Of a DNA stretch of 64,000 bases, positions 56,601 to 64,000 are shown in pieces. The notes under the pieces were generated by a model that was given only the letters and a program-made list of their open reading frames with translations, searched no databases and was not told where the DNA came from. The translations under genes and the position numbers were made by a program. The stretch comes from an uncultured Candidatus Saccharibacteria bacterium. Lineage in GTDB: Bacteria > Patescibacteriota > Minisyncoccia > Phycocordibacterales > Zambryskibacteraceae. Within the stretch, counting starts at the first letter, position 1; every line of letters starts with the position of its first letter. The DNA lies in contig CAZYVS010000001.1 of the NCBI GenBank assembly GCA_964651655.1, positions 77,173-141,172 of the forward strand. The letters run 5' to 3'.

Positions 56601-59600
56601 CCGGGTCGTACTGATACATAGTTGTCCATGCGTTGGAATAATCCCAAACGAGGATTAATCCCGTAACCGGATCTACGGTAAATATCGTCCCAGCCCCACC
56701 CTGTGGAATATTAATGGCCACGGGCGCGTCAGCGGTAGCCGTAAACGTCCCATTCGAATTGTACCGATACAACTTTCTGCTGTTATTGCCTCCTCCCAGA
56801 ACTACACAATTGCATTTCGAGCTATACCTCGCCTGGTTGTGGTAAGAATATAAGCCCGTCAATTGAGGCGAGAAGCCGCCGCCGTTAGTGCTTGCGCGCT
56901 GAACCCATGCTCCGTTGCAATTTCCGGACGCCAAAGACAATTCCCACACTCCCCAATCGCCGTCCAAGAAAACAAGACTGTTGCGATCTGGAAAATATTC
57001 AAGGGCGCCACCGACTTGGAACGCGCCATTGCCCCAGTTTGTGCAGGCAGACCATGTTTGTGTGGCATGACTATATTTTCTAATTTCGGCGGAGTAATAC
57101 CTGCGATGATAGAAGTTCCCTGCCGAATCTATCGCCGAGTGTTCGTACTCATGGGACACGCTTGCGGTGTCCGCGGGAGTCAAATTGCTCCAGGTGTTAT
57201 TTGATTCCGTGTATTTAACAAAACAGTTAATGCTACCACCCGGACCGCCGTTAGGATGAGAGGAACCGGAAATCATTGCGGTGTTATTGAGCGGATTCCA
57301 ATAACCCTCGTCTGCGTATTCCGCACAGCTTCCGGTCGCAGGCGGCCGCAAAATCGCGCCGTCGTTAAAATTATTGGTCGTGAGCGCCGCCCATGTGCCC
57401 GGCTGCATGGAAGCCGCCAAACCTGAAAGCGATGTGCCAGTTATTGTCGTTGTAGGTGTTGGAGTAGGTGTCGGTGTTGGCGCCACATACTTCACCAAAT
57501 AATCTTCCGCAGACCAGCCGTCTACTCCTGAGTCAAAATTAATATTCCACCAATTGTATCCTCCGGCATTGGTCGGACCTCCGACTACGGTACCCAAAGC
57601 TCCTGTGGCTTGGGTGCCAAGAAGAGTTCCGTTGGCGGTGGAGCGGACGTTGAGAGGTCCTGAAGAAACCTGGACTCGGTCATTGATGGAGAATTTGGTG
57701 GAAGGGGTTACCGCAGATACCGCGAAATTCTGGCTTAGGGCAAGGCGTGTACCATAACCATTTTGGGCAAAATATCTGAAGTTGTAATTTCCTGAGACAG
57801 TGGGAACTATGAATGTCAAAGTGGCCGCACTCAAGCCTACGGAGGGTTGAGTTTGTGTTCCATTTAAGTATTGCCAGTTGCCGTTGGGGTGAGCGGTGTC
57901 TGAGACGGACCAAGCTGAATCTGGATCTGAGGAATTGTAGAGAGCCACCCATTCCTGAACTCCACTTACTCCCCCGCTGACTGTGGCTGTGATCGTTCCT
58001 CCCGAAGCTACGGAGGTTTTGTTGATGGAAATGGAAGCGGTTGTTATCGTCGGCGCATTAACCGTCAAAATAAATGTTGAAATTTTAGTAACTAATCCTG
58101 CGGTGGCAGTTACGGTTATCGTAGAGTTTCCAGTCGGCGTTGATGAGAGAGTGTTAATGGTAAGGGTGGGTGAACAGGTCGGAGAGCAGGAAGTTGGAGA
58201 GAATGAAGCGGTAGCTCCTGTGGGAAGACCGGAAACGGTAAATCCTGTTGATTGAGTAGTTCCGGAAGAAAGGGTGGCGGTTACGCTGTTTGAAACTGAC
58301 GATCCCCTTGTGACTGATTTCGATCCTCCGTTGGAGAGAGTGAAGTTGAAAGCTGCGGGTGTTGGAGTTGGCGTGGGAATCGGGGTCGGCGCAACATACT
58401 TCACCAAATAATCCTCCGCAGACCAGCCATCAACTCCTGAATCAAAATTGATGTTCCACCAATTGAATCCTCCGGCATTAGTCGGGCCGCCGATGACTGT
58501 ACCGAGAGCGTTTGTTGTTTGCGTTCCGAGAAGTGTTCCGTTGGCGATGCTTCGGACATTGAGAGGTCCGCTGGTAACTTGGACTCTATCGTTGATTGAG
58601 AATTTGGTTGAAACTGGCGGTGAAGTTGGAGTGGGAGTGGGGGTGGGGGTGGGCGTGGGAGTTGGTGTTGGTGTTGGTGTTGGTGTTGTAACTACTCCCC
58701 CATATTCATACGCGCCGATGTCGTAGGCAGAGCCGACGGGGCGTGTTACCCCATCAAAATCTTTGTCGTACGGAGAGCCTAAAGTTGCTCCAGCGTTAAT
58801 GGCTGGGCTGCCTGACTGCAACCGGAAGTTGCTAAGACCAGGATCGATAAAGAGTGGATTTGAGACGACAGAACATCCTGTAGCTGACGTATCACAGAGA
58901 TTATTTGATTTGATCGAGCCTGACCCATCATCATTTATATCCCTCGTATAACCACACCCGGCGGTGCAGTTGTTCCAAGAGATGTTATTTTTGATTACAG
59001 CGTTCGATGTGCCAGCCTGAGGCCTGACGGAAGTTTCTCTGTTGCCTGTCATCGTATTGTTGTAGACTTTGGTGCCACTGGCCCCATTGCCAATCGAGAT
59101 CGCTGCTCCGCAAGTCTGGCCCATGTTGCCATGTAGGTTGGTAATGAGGTTGCCATAGACCTCGATGTTGTTGCCATCGTAGGTGATAATCCCTTGACCG
59201 CACAGAGTGTTATCCCATTGCGTGCCGGCGCCGCCGCTTGTATCGTGGAACCAATTATATCTGACGATGTTCCCGTGAGTCTTGTTAGCATCGCCGGTGT
59301 AGATTTGTATTCCGGCGCCGGCCCAACCATAAACTTCATTTCGCTCGAACAAGTTATACGGAGTCAATAAGTATACCGCGTTGTTGTAGTTAACCGTATG
59401 TTGCGCATCGAAAGGGACAGTTCCGCCATCATGTATTTTGTTGTTTATGAACTCATTGTAACCGGTTCCGCCAGTCGTCACGGAAGACACAATACCGTGC
59501 TGGGGGCCGTTTTTTATCTCGTTGTTGATAATCCGGATGTGATGGGAACCACTTCCGATCCACACCACCGCATCATCACTTGGGTTACCAGTAATAATAA

Positions 59601-62600
59601 AGCCATCGATAACAAGATAGGATCTGGTGCTGATTCCCAACGCATTGCTAATCGTAACAACGTCGGCGCCGTATCGTTGAATCGTCGTCGGACTACTCCA
59701 TGACGTGCCGGACGGTGGCATCGTGGTTGGAGAAGCATACGTCCCGGCTTTAATCTGAACCGTATCGCCGCTCGACATACAGGAGAAAGCGGAATCAAGC
59801 GTTAATTTCGGCGTTGCCTGATTTTTTGCGGCCGTACAGGAGTTTGAATCGCTTCCAGTTGTTGCAACATAATAAACATTTCCTGTAGTTGAAGTTGTAG
59901 GTGTTGGCGTGGGGATTGGAGTCGGAGTCGGCGCAACATACTTCACCAAATAATCCTCTCCGCTCCAGCCATCAGGCGCATTGTCAAAATTAATCTGCCA
60001 CCAGTTGACCGTGTTTCCGCTAAGCAAGGCCGCGGTTGGACCTCCGATGACCGTGCCAAGAGCGTTTGTTGCTTGAGTGCCAAGAATCGTTCCTGCCGGA
60101 GTTTGGCGGACATTGACCGGACCTAAAGAAACTTGAACACGGTCGTTGATTGAGAATTTAGTGGAGACTGGCGGTGAAGTTGGAGTGGGAGTGGGGGTGG
60201 GGGTGGGCGTGGGAGTTGGTGTTGGTGTTGGTGTTGGTGTTGTAACTACTCCCCCATATTCATACGCGCCGATGTCGTAGGCAGAGCCGACGGGGCGTGT
60301 TACCCCATCAAAGTCTTTGTCATAAGGAGCGCCAAGATTTGCTCCGGCGTTGATGGCGGGAGAGGAGGATTGGAGATGGAAGTCGTTTGCGGTTGGGTTT
60401 ACAAATAACGGGTCTTGTTGTGAGCCGCTGCATACGTTCACATTTGTGGAAACCTGATGGCAGAGATTATTTGCCATGGTTGCCGCAGCGCCATTGTAAT
60501 AAATAATTCCTGAATTGGCATTTTTTATGATGTTGTTCTTGATCAAAGTGCCGATCGCTCCGCCGGAGTAGCCGACTTCAATAGCTGAAGCTGCGCCATA
60601 AATTGTATTACTATAGACAAGTGTATTGCTTGCACCGCGGGAGACACCAATTCCATGAGCCTGCGGATGGTTATAGATTAAGTTATTGTAGATCTGTTTA
60701 TTGTTCCCCTGCGACACAACAACACCGCCATAGGCAATATTGTCGTGGATAAAATTGTTGCGAATGATAGAGTTTGATATCGTGCCGCCGTACCACTGAA
60801 TACCATAACCATAATTGTTATAAATCTCATTGCCTTCAATAAGTAAGCCGTCGCCGACCTGGTAAAAACCATGGTCTGCCGGAGTGTCGCCATTGTGGTG
60901 AATCTTTGAACGCAGTACTTCTACTCCGTTACAATCGCTGAACACTCCTTGTCCGCCAAAGTTCCTTATTTCACCATTTTGAAATCTAATATTGCTTGCA
61001 CCAGAATAACAAACTATACCATCTCCCGTTCTCCCAAAACTTGCATCCTCGGAATTAATTGCGGTAATACCGCTGCCATCCAAAACCAGCCTGTCAAATA
61101 TTATATATCTTGCCGCCGCACCAATGATGGTAATGCCTTCTGGCGCACTATTTGTAGGCTTGATGATTACCACCTCGCCAGGGTATGAGGCTATCAACGG
61201 GGCATTGGAAAATGATGTTCCAGCAGGCCATAAAAAGCTGTTGCCGCCGAGCCGCTCGGCGTAAGCACCGGCGCGAATGTAAAGAGTATCCCCGGCGGCA
61301 AGACAGAGTATGCCAGCATTTATCGTCCTCTTCGGCGTATTAATATTCTTCGCCTGCGCGCAAGTATTTGCATCGTTGCCGGTGGTGGCTACATAATAAA
61401 CATTTCCCGTGGTAGTAATTGTGGGCGTAGGGGTGGGAGTTGGCGCAACATACTTCACCAAATAATCCTCCGCAGACCAGCCATCAACTCCTGAATCAAA
61501 ATTGATGTTCCACCAATTGAATCCTCCGGCATTAGTCGGGCCGCCGATGACTGTACCGAGAGCGTTTGTTGTTTGCGTTCCGAGAAGTGTTCCGTTGGCG
61601 ATGCTTCGGACATTGAGAGGTCCGCTGGTAACTTGGACTCTATCGTTGATTGAGAATTTGGTTGAAACTGGCGGTGAAGTTGGAGTGGGAGTGGGGGTGG
61701 GGGTGGGCGTGGGAGTTGGTGTTGGTGTTGGTGTTGGTGTTGGTGTTGGTGTTGGTGTTGTAACTACTCCCCCATATTCATACGCTCCGATGTCGTAGGC
61801 AGAGCCAACTGGCCTTTGAACTCCGTCAAAGTCTTTGTCATAAGGAGCGCCTAAAATTGCTCCGGCGTTGATGGCGGGAGAAGTGGACTGGAGATGGAAA
61901 TCTTTTCCTGCCGCGTTTACAAAAAGAGGGTTGGCGACGATAGCGCATCCGGTCTTGCTAACGTCGCAAAGATTTGTGCCAAAAGTTGGTGGTGAACCGC
62001 TATTAACAACAACCATGCCGTAGCTGTTCGATCCTGGAATGATGATGTTGTTCTTTACCACGCTCGTGCTGTTGGTGGTTATAAAAGGAAAACAATTCGA
62101 GTTAGTATTGTGAATCGTATTATTGTAAATATTAATCGGTCCTGTTGTGTTATTAAGGGCGATAATCGGTCCTCCTTCTGTATTGGTATTACGGCAGGCA
62201 TAAATCAGGTTATTGTGAAGGCTAATATTTTGAGCGTAAGATGAGAACTGAATTCCCGGAGCGCCCCAATGCGGCGAGCCCGTATCCTGGATCGCAAAAT
62301 CACGAATAACGTTATAGCGAATTTCACCTCCATCTGTGCGCCTATCGCTTGTTGCTTCGCCGTATTTAATAGCCGCGGAGCCTGTATTGTAAAAATTGCA
62401 GCGCTCTACAATCGCTCGCTTCCCTTCGTTATATATCGGGAATGAGCCAGCGGTATCGACTTCCCCGCCTATGTCGTGCATTACACAATTTTGAATAAGA
62501 ATGTCGGCGGTATTACGCTGAATGATGAATCCGTTTCCCATAGTGACTCCTGCTCCCGCGCCATAAAGTTCAAAATTTTTGAATGTGAGATGATGTGAAC

Positions 62601-63855
62601 CTTGCCCGTCTGAACCGGCGCAATTATTTTCAGGGTCTCCTCCAACCCAAATCGCCTCAGCTGCCCAATCGACATACGATGCGTCAAATGTTAAGCCGTC
62701 AATAGTAATATATGATTTCGCACAGAATCCAAGAACTCCGCGATTTGAAGGCGAAGTTGCCAAAACAACTTTTTCAGATTGATAACGGCTGATGGTTGTA
62801 TATTTGGCACTGGTGCCACTTGGAATAGCGTCAACCGACTCGGTATATGTTCCGCCACGGATTAAAAGAGTGTCTCCGGACGCAAGACAGGAAACTCCGG
62901 CGTTTATTGTTTTCTTTGGCGTGCCTATATTATTCTTCGCCTGCGCGCAGGAGTTTGAATCGCTTCCAGTCGTCGCCACATAATAAACATTTCCTGTAGT
63001 TGAAGTTGTAGGTATTGGAGAAGGAGTTGGAGTGGGGGTGGGAGTTGGGGTCGGTGTCGGCGTTGGAGTTGGCGTGGGGGTTGGGGTCGAGGAAACATTT
63101 GCCGAATTATAAATATCCAAAACTTCTTGCGCCGAAAGCGCGCGGTTGTATATGCGGACATCATCGGTTTGGCCATTGAAAAAATACCCCGCATCTCCTC
63201 TTTGCCCGATTCTTAACGGAAGGTTGGCTTGTGTGCGAGTGCGCCCTATTGCCTGATTGTTGACTTCTAATCCGTTTACATAAAGACGAAGCGAGGAGTT
63301 TTCATAAGTCATTGCGAGATGATACCAAGCTCCAGTTGAAAGAGCGCTTGGAGAATAAAGGTAAAATGCATTAGTCGATCCGCCGCCGATATTAAGCAGT
63401 GCCATCACAAAACCGCTTGTATCTACGGCCACTCCGTAATATCCGTCCGACCATTCATGAAGACCTTGATTTCCGATAGCTGAATTCCAATCCGTATTTG
63501 CAAAAGAATTTGCTTTAACCCAAACACTAAAAGTAAGTTGCTGTGGCGCAATACTTGCCTGATATGGAACTTCGACATAGTCATTTATTCCGTCAAAACT
63601 CAACGCCTGGCCGATTTTGCCAGTTGTGAATGTTGGGCCGTTTACGAGTGTCCCGGTATTAGTTCCTACAGAATCATTGGCATTTCCGTCAAACTTCCAA
63701 TGAGCAACAAGGCCGGAGGTTGGGGCAACCTGCGCCAGTTGTGTTTCGAGCCTGATCTGGGTAAAGAGGGTAGGAATGATTATTTTCTGGGAGAAGAGAA
63801 AAGCTCCGATGAAGAAGATCGCGGAGAGTATTAACTTTGAGGTGTTAGTTTGCAT
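53629..63855 (-). CDS. Giant (3408 aa) modular surface protein: LamG, three right-handed beta-helix modules, four SH3-like repeats, beta-propeller-like, FN3-like and C-terminal peptidoglycan-binding domains, PT linkers
   Basis: HWKFDG...W.HLA.T...LYVNG...DDVRIYNRALS (LamG); YYVATTG.D and SPAINAG..DFDG..RP.G.AYDIGAYE x3; GPLNVR..WWNINFD.G.DGW.AE.YL x4; L.LGS.GEDVRCLQKYLN..YFGPAT. Confidence 0.9.
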   Translation of the reverse strand: MQTNTSKLILSAIFFIGAFLFSQKIIIPTLFTQIRLETQLAQVAPTSGLVAHWKFDGNANDSVGTNTGTLVNGPTFTTGKIGQALSFDGINDYVEVPYQASIAPQQLTFSVWVKANSFANTDWNSAIGNQGLHEWSDGYYGVAVDTSGFVMALLNIGGGSTNAFYLYSPSALSTGAWYHLAMTYENSSLRLYVNGLEVNNQAIGRTRTQANLPLRIGQRGDAGYFFNGQTDDVRIYNRALSAQEVLDIYNSANVSSTPTPTPTPTPTPTPTPTPTPTPSPIPTTSTTGNVYYVATTGSDSNSCAQAKNNIGTPKKTINAGVSCLASGDTLLIRGGTYTESVDAIPSGTSAKYTTISRYQSEKVVLATSPSNRGVLGFCAKSYITIDGLTFDASYVDWAAEAIWVGGDPENNCAGSDGQGSHHLTFKNFELYGAGAGVTMGNGFIIQRNTADILIQNCVMHDIGGEVDTAGSFPIYNEGKRAIVERCNFYNTGSAAIKYGEATSDRRTDGGEIRYNVIRDFAIQDTGSPHWGAPGIQFSSYAQNISLHNNLIYACRNTNTEGGPIIALNNTTGPINIYNNTIHNTNSNCFPFITTNSTSVVKNNIIIPGSNSYGMVVVNSGSPPTFGTNLCDVSKTGCAIVANPLFVNAAGKDFHLQSTSPAINAGAILGAPYDKDFDGVQRPVGSAYDIGAYEYGGVVTTPTPTPTPTPTPTPTPTPTPTPTPTPTSPPVSTKFSINDRVQVTSGPLNVRSIANGTLLGTQTTNALGTVIGGPTNAGGFNWWNINFDSGVDGWSAEDYLVKYVAPTPTPTPTITTTGNVYYVATTGNDANTCAQAKNINTPKRTINAGILCLAAGDTLYIRAGAYAERLGGNSFLWPAGTSFSNAPLIASYPGEVVIIKPTNSAPEGITIIGAAARYIIFDRLVLDGSGITAINSEDASFGRTGDGIVCYSGASNIRFQNGEIRNFGGQGVFSDCNGVEVLRSKIHHNGDTPADHGFYQVGDGLLIEGNEIYNNYGYGIQWYGGTISNSIIRNNFIHDNIAYGGVVVSQGNNKQIYNNLIYNHPQAHGIGVSRGASNTLVYSNTIYGAASAIEVGYSGGAIGTLIKNNIIKNANSGIIYYNGAAATMANNLCHQVSTNVNVCSGSQQDPLFVNPTANDFHLQSSSPAINAGANLGAPYDKDFDGVTRPVGSAYDIGAYEYGGVVTTPTPTPTPTPTPTPTPTPTPTSPPVSTKFSINDRVQVSLGPVNVRQTPAGTILGTQATNALGTVIGGPTAALLSGNTVNWWQINFDNAPDGWSGEDYLVKYVAPTPTPIPTPTPTTSTTGNVYYVATTGSDSNSCTAAKNQATPKLTLDSAFSCMSSGDTVQIKAGTYASPTTMPPSGTSWSSPTTIQRYGADVVTISNALGISTRSYLVIDGFIITGNPSDDAVVWIGSGSHHIRIINNEIKNGPQHGIVSSVTTGGTGYNEFINNKIHDGGTVPFDAQHTVNYNNAVYLLTPYNLFERNEVYGWAGAGIQIYTGDANKTHGNIVRYNWFHDTSGGAGTQWDNTLCGQGIITYDGNNIEVYGNLITNLHGNMGQTCGAAISIGNGASGTKVYNNTMTGNRETSVRPQAGTSNAVIKNNISWNNCTAGCGYTRDINDDGSGSIKSNNLCDTSATGCSVVSNPLFIDPGLSNFRLQSGSPAINAGATLGSPYDKDFDGVTRPVGSAYDIGAYEYGGVVTTPTPTPTPTPTPTPTPTPTPTSPPVSTKFSINDRVQVTSGPLNVRSIANGTLLGTQTTNALGTVIGGPTNAGGFNWWNINFDSGVDGWSAEDYLVKYVAPTPIPTPTPTPAAFNFTLSNGGSKSVTRGSSVSNSVTATLSSGTTQSTGFTVSGLPTGATASFSPTSCSPTCSPTLTINTLSSTPTGNSTITVTATAGLVTKISTFILTVNAPTITTASISINKTSVASGGTITATVSGGVSGVQEWVALYNSSDPDSAWSVSDTAHPNGNWQYLNGTQTQPSVGLSAATLTFIVPTVSGNYNFRYFAQNGYGTRLALSQNFAVSAVTPSTKFSINDRVQVSSGPLNVRSTANGTLLGTQATGALGTVVGGPTNAGGYNWWNINFDSGVDGWSAEDYLVKYVAPTPTPTPTPTTTITGTSLSGLAASMQPGTWAALTTNNFNDGAILRPPATGSCAEYADEGYWNPLNNTAMISGSSHPNGGPGGSINCFVKYTESNNTWSNLTPADTASVSHEYEHSAIDSAGNFYHRRYYSAEIRKYSHATQTWSACTNWGNGAFQVGGALEYFPDRNSLVFLDGDWGVWELSLASGNCNGAWVQRASTNGGGFSPQLTGLYSYHNQARYSSKCNCVVLGGGNNSRKLYRYNSNGTFTATADAPVAINIPQGGAGTIFTVDPVTGLILVWDYSNAWTTMYQYDPATNVWSTINRTSPIFPGPEGGVTETIAVPISNYGVIMFVQAGSSSGGRVYLYKHSASSGTVITPTPTPTPTPSPTPTPTPTPSPTPTPTPILGSSDFQARCSAAGVIRCFSFDSSADLGVVGSNAYGANVGAFNNTSGGLTPTIDLTTSADGGGSMKFIIPSQSGSGASGQWFANFSPDLSIRFGENSDFYVQWRQKFSPEFISTNYLPAAGWKQLIISAGDKPGALYSSCTALETVVQNINLRGFPAMYNSCTGSASHGAYDPFQELFGSYDFKLQNAMPSPYCLYSQNWKLGAAQTNPPGNCFKYFAGEWMTFQAHIHTGPRVNDEWRDSHVDLWVSREGQPPVQVFNWGPYALSAGSAAEDMRYGKIWLLPYHTGKDSSQVHPTAYTWYDDLIISRNPIADPSGTALSSAPTPPPAGGPTPTPTPIPTPIPTPTPTPTPTPVSGGIITLINFGSTSAQNIFGLSGWSTPIKDIYTDYRAIGPGGTAIVVGDNWTYNYQGVTGSTRTFSSGEKIMATWYNNTSSSITFTPNISFTDPDRISSGAAGTWYPMSSVTIPAFGSATTNFTFTSSSAGAYSIVNINSNYQNTGTLIADKIELVPLGSVTSIPTPTPTPTPTPDSTSSPQATPTSSPSAPIISGPKVSISQGTATVTWSTNVPATTWVDYGATSAYGRSSPTNSTLTTVHSVTLSGLTPGPYNLRAASAASSVTGTSANLIFEVRPKPPAISSITVTPGSIILTWPQVSFPGYVGVAILRSITGFITSYDSLSQIATTTGNTYTDKDVTPGTVYYYSLFVVDDQNNYSDPATVSFTAPASSSTSAPTSTPTPISQAQSSGGGGGGGGGSRSSSGSSSASSVTTSVGLLPSNFNSLTTDQKIVILSAKIAELRILINNALISQGQPPILLSTCSFNRNLTLGSVGEDVRCLQKYLNAGGFTVSLSGPGSFGNESNYFGPATRNALSRWQRSNNVVPSVGYFGSLSRDKYLELAR
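58388..58713. repeat. Intragenic direct repeat, copy of 61442-61785
   Basis: Identical by eye except for the number of GTTGGT units; 58613-58757 is also repeated at 60167-60311. Confidence 0.9.
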
Positions 63856-64000
63856 GAACAGAAAGACTGGAAGTTTTTTGAGTTTTCTACAAAGTTAATT
63901 ATAGTGTATACTTGTTGTTAGTACTATGTGTATAACTTCCTTCATCAAGTAGTCTTAAAAATTAGATTTTAAATATCTTCACACTCGATATTTCTGATTA

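Noticed and set aside
58620-61770. GTTGGT / GTGGGA tandem tracts as CRISPR or non-coding repeats
   Set aside because: They encode Pro-Thr linkers of the giant protein and have no unique spacers.
57470-61800. Diversity-generating retroelement TR/VR pair
   Set aside because: No reverse transcriptase in the window; copies are identical or differ without an evident adenine-specific pattern.

Overview
Chromosomal segment of a small-genome bacterium whose gene content points to Patescibacteria/CPR (Parcubacteria-like; inference from a TrbC/VirB2-like pilin array, short proS/valS/holB, a PaaX-Cas2-like gene and a giant surface protein). It holds housekeeping genes (pbp2-mreCB, proS, rseP, frr, gyrA, rpsA, pth, lepB, ftsA/Z, tsaD, valS, lepA, murJ), five tRNAs and rnpB. 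The notable parts are: (1) two REP-associated tyrosine transposases (RAYT), each with its own palindromic REP, plus several short palindromic repeat families sitting in frame inside essential genes (rseP, gyrA, pth, trxB, valS, lepA x3) and inside rnpB; (2) an AT-rich defence island behind tRNA-Glu in which a controller HTH precedes a putative PD-(D/E)XK nuclease and a divergent R.PabI-like (HALFPIPE) restriction glycosylase, convergent with two DNA methyltransferases; (3) a PaaX/Cas2-like gene bracketed by 20-bp direct repeats upstream of the pilin operon; (4) nested hairpin elements that duplicate and base-pair the tRNA-Glu 3' end; (5) a 3408-aa surface protein built from divergent beta-helix cores between nucleotide-identical flanks. 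All family calls come from motif recognition by eye; no searches were run.
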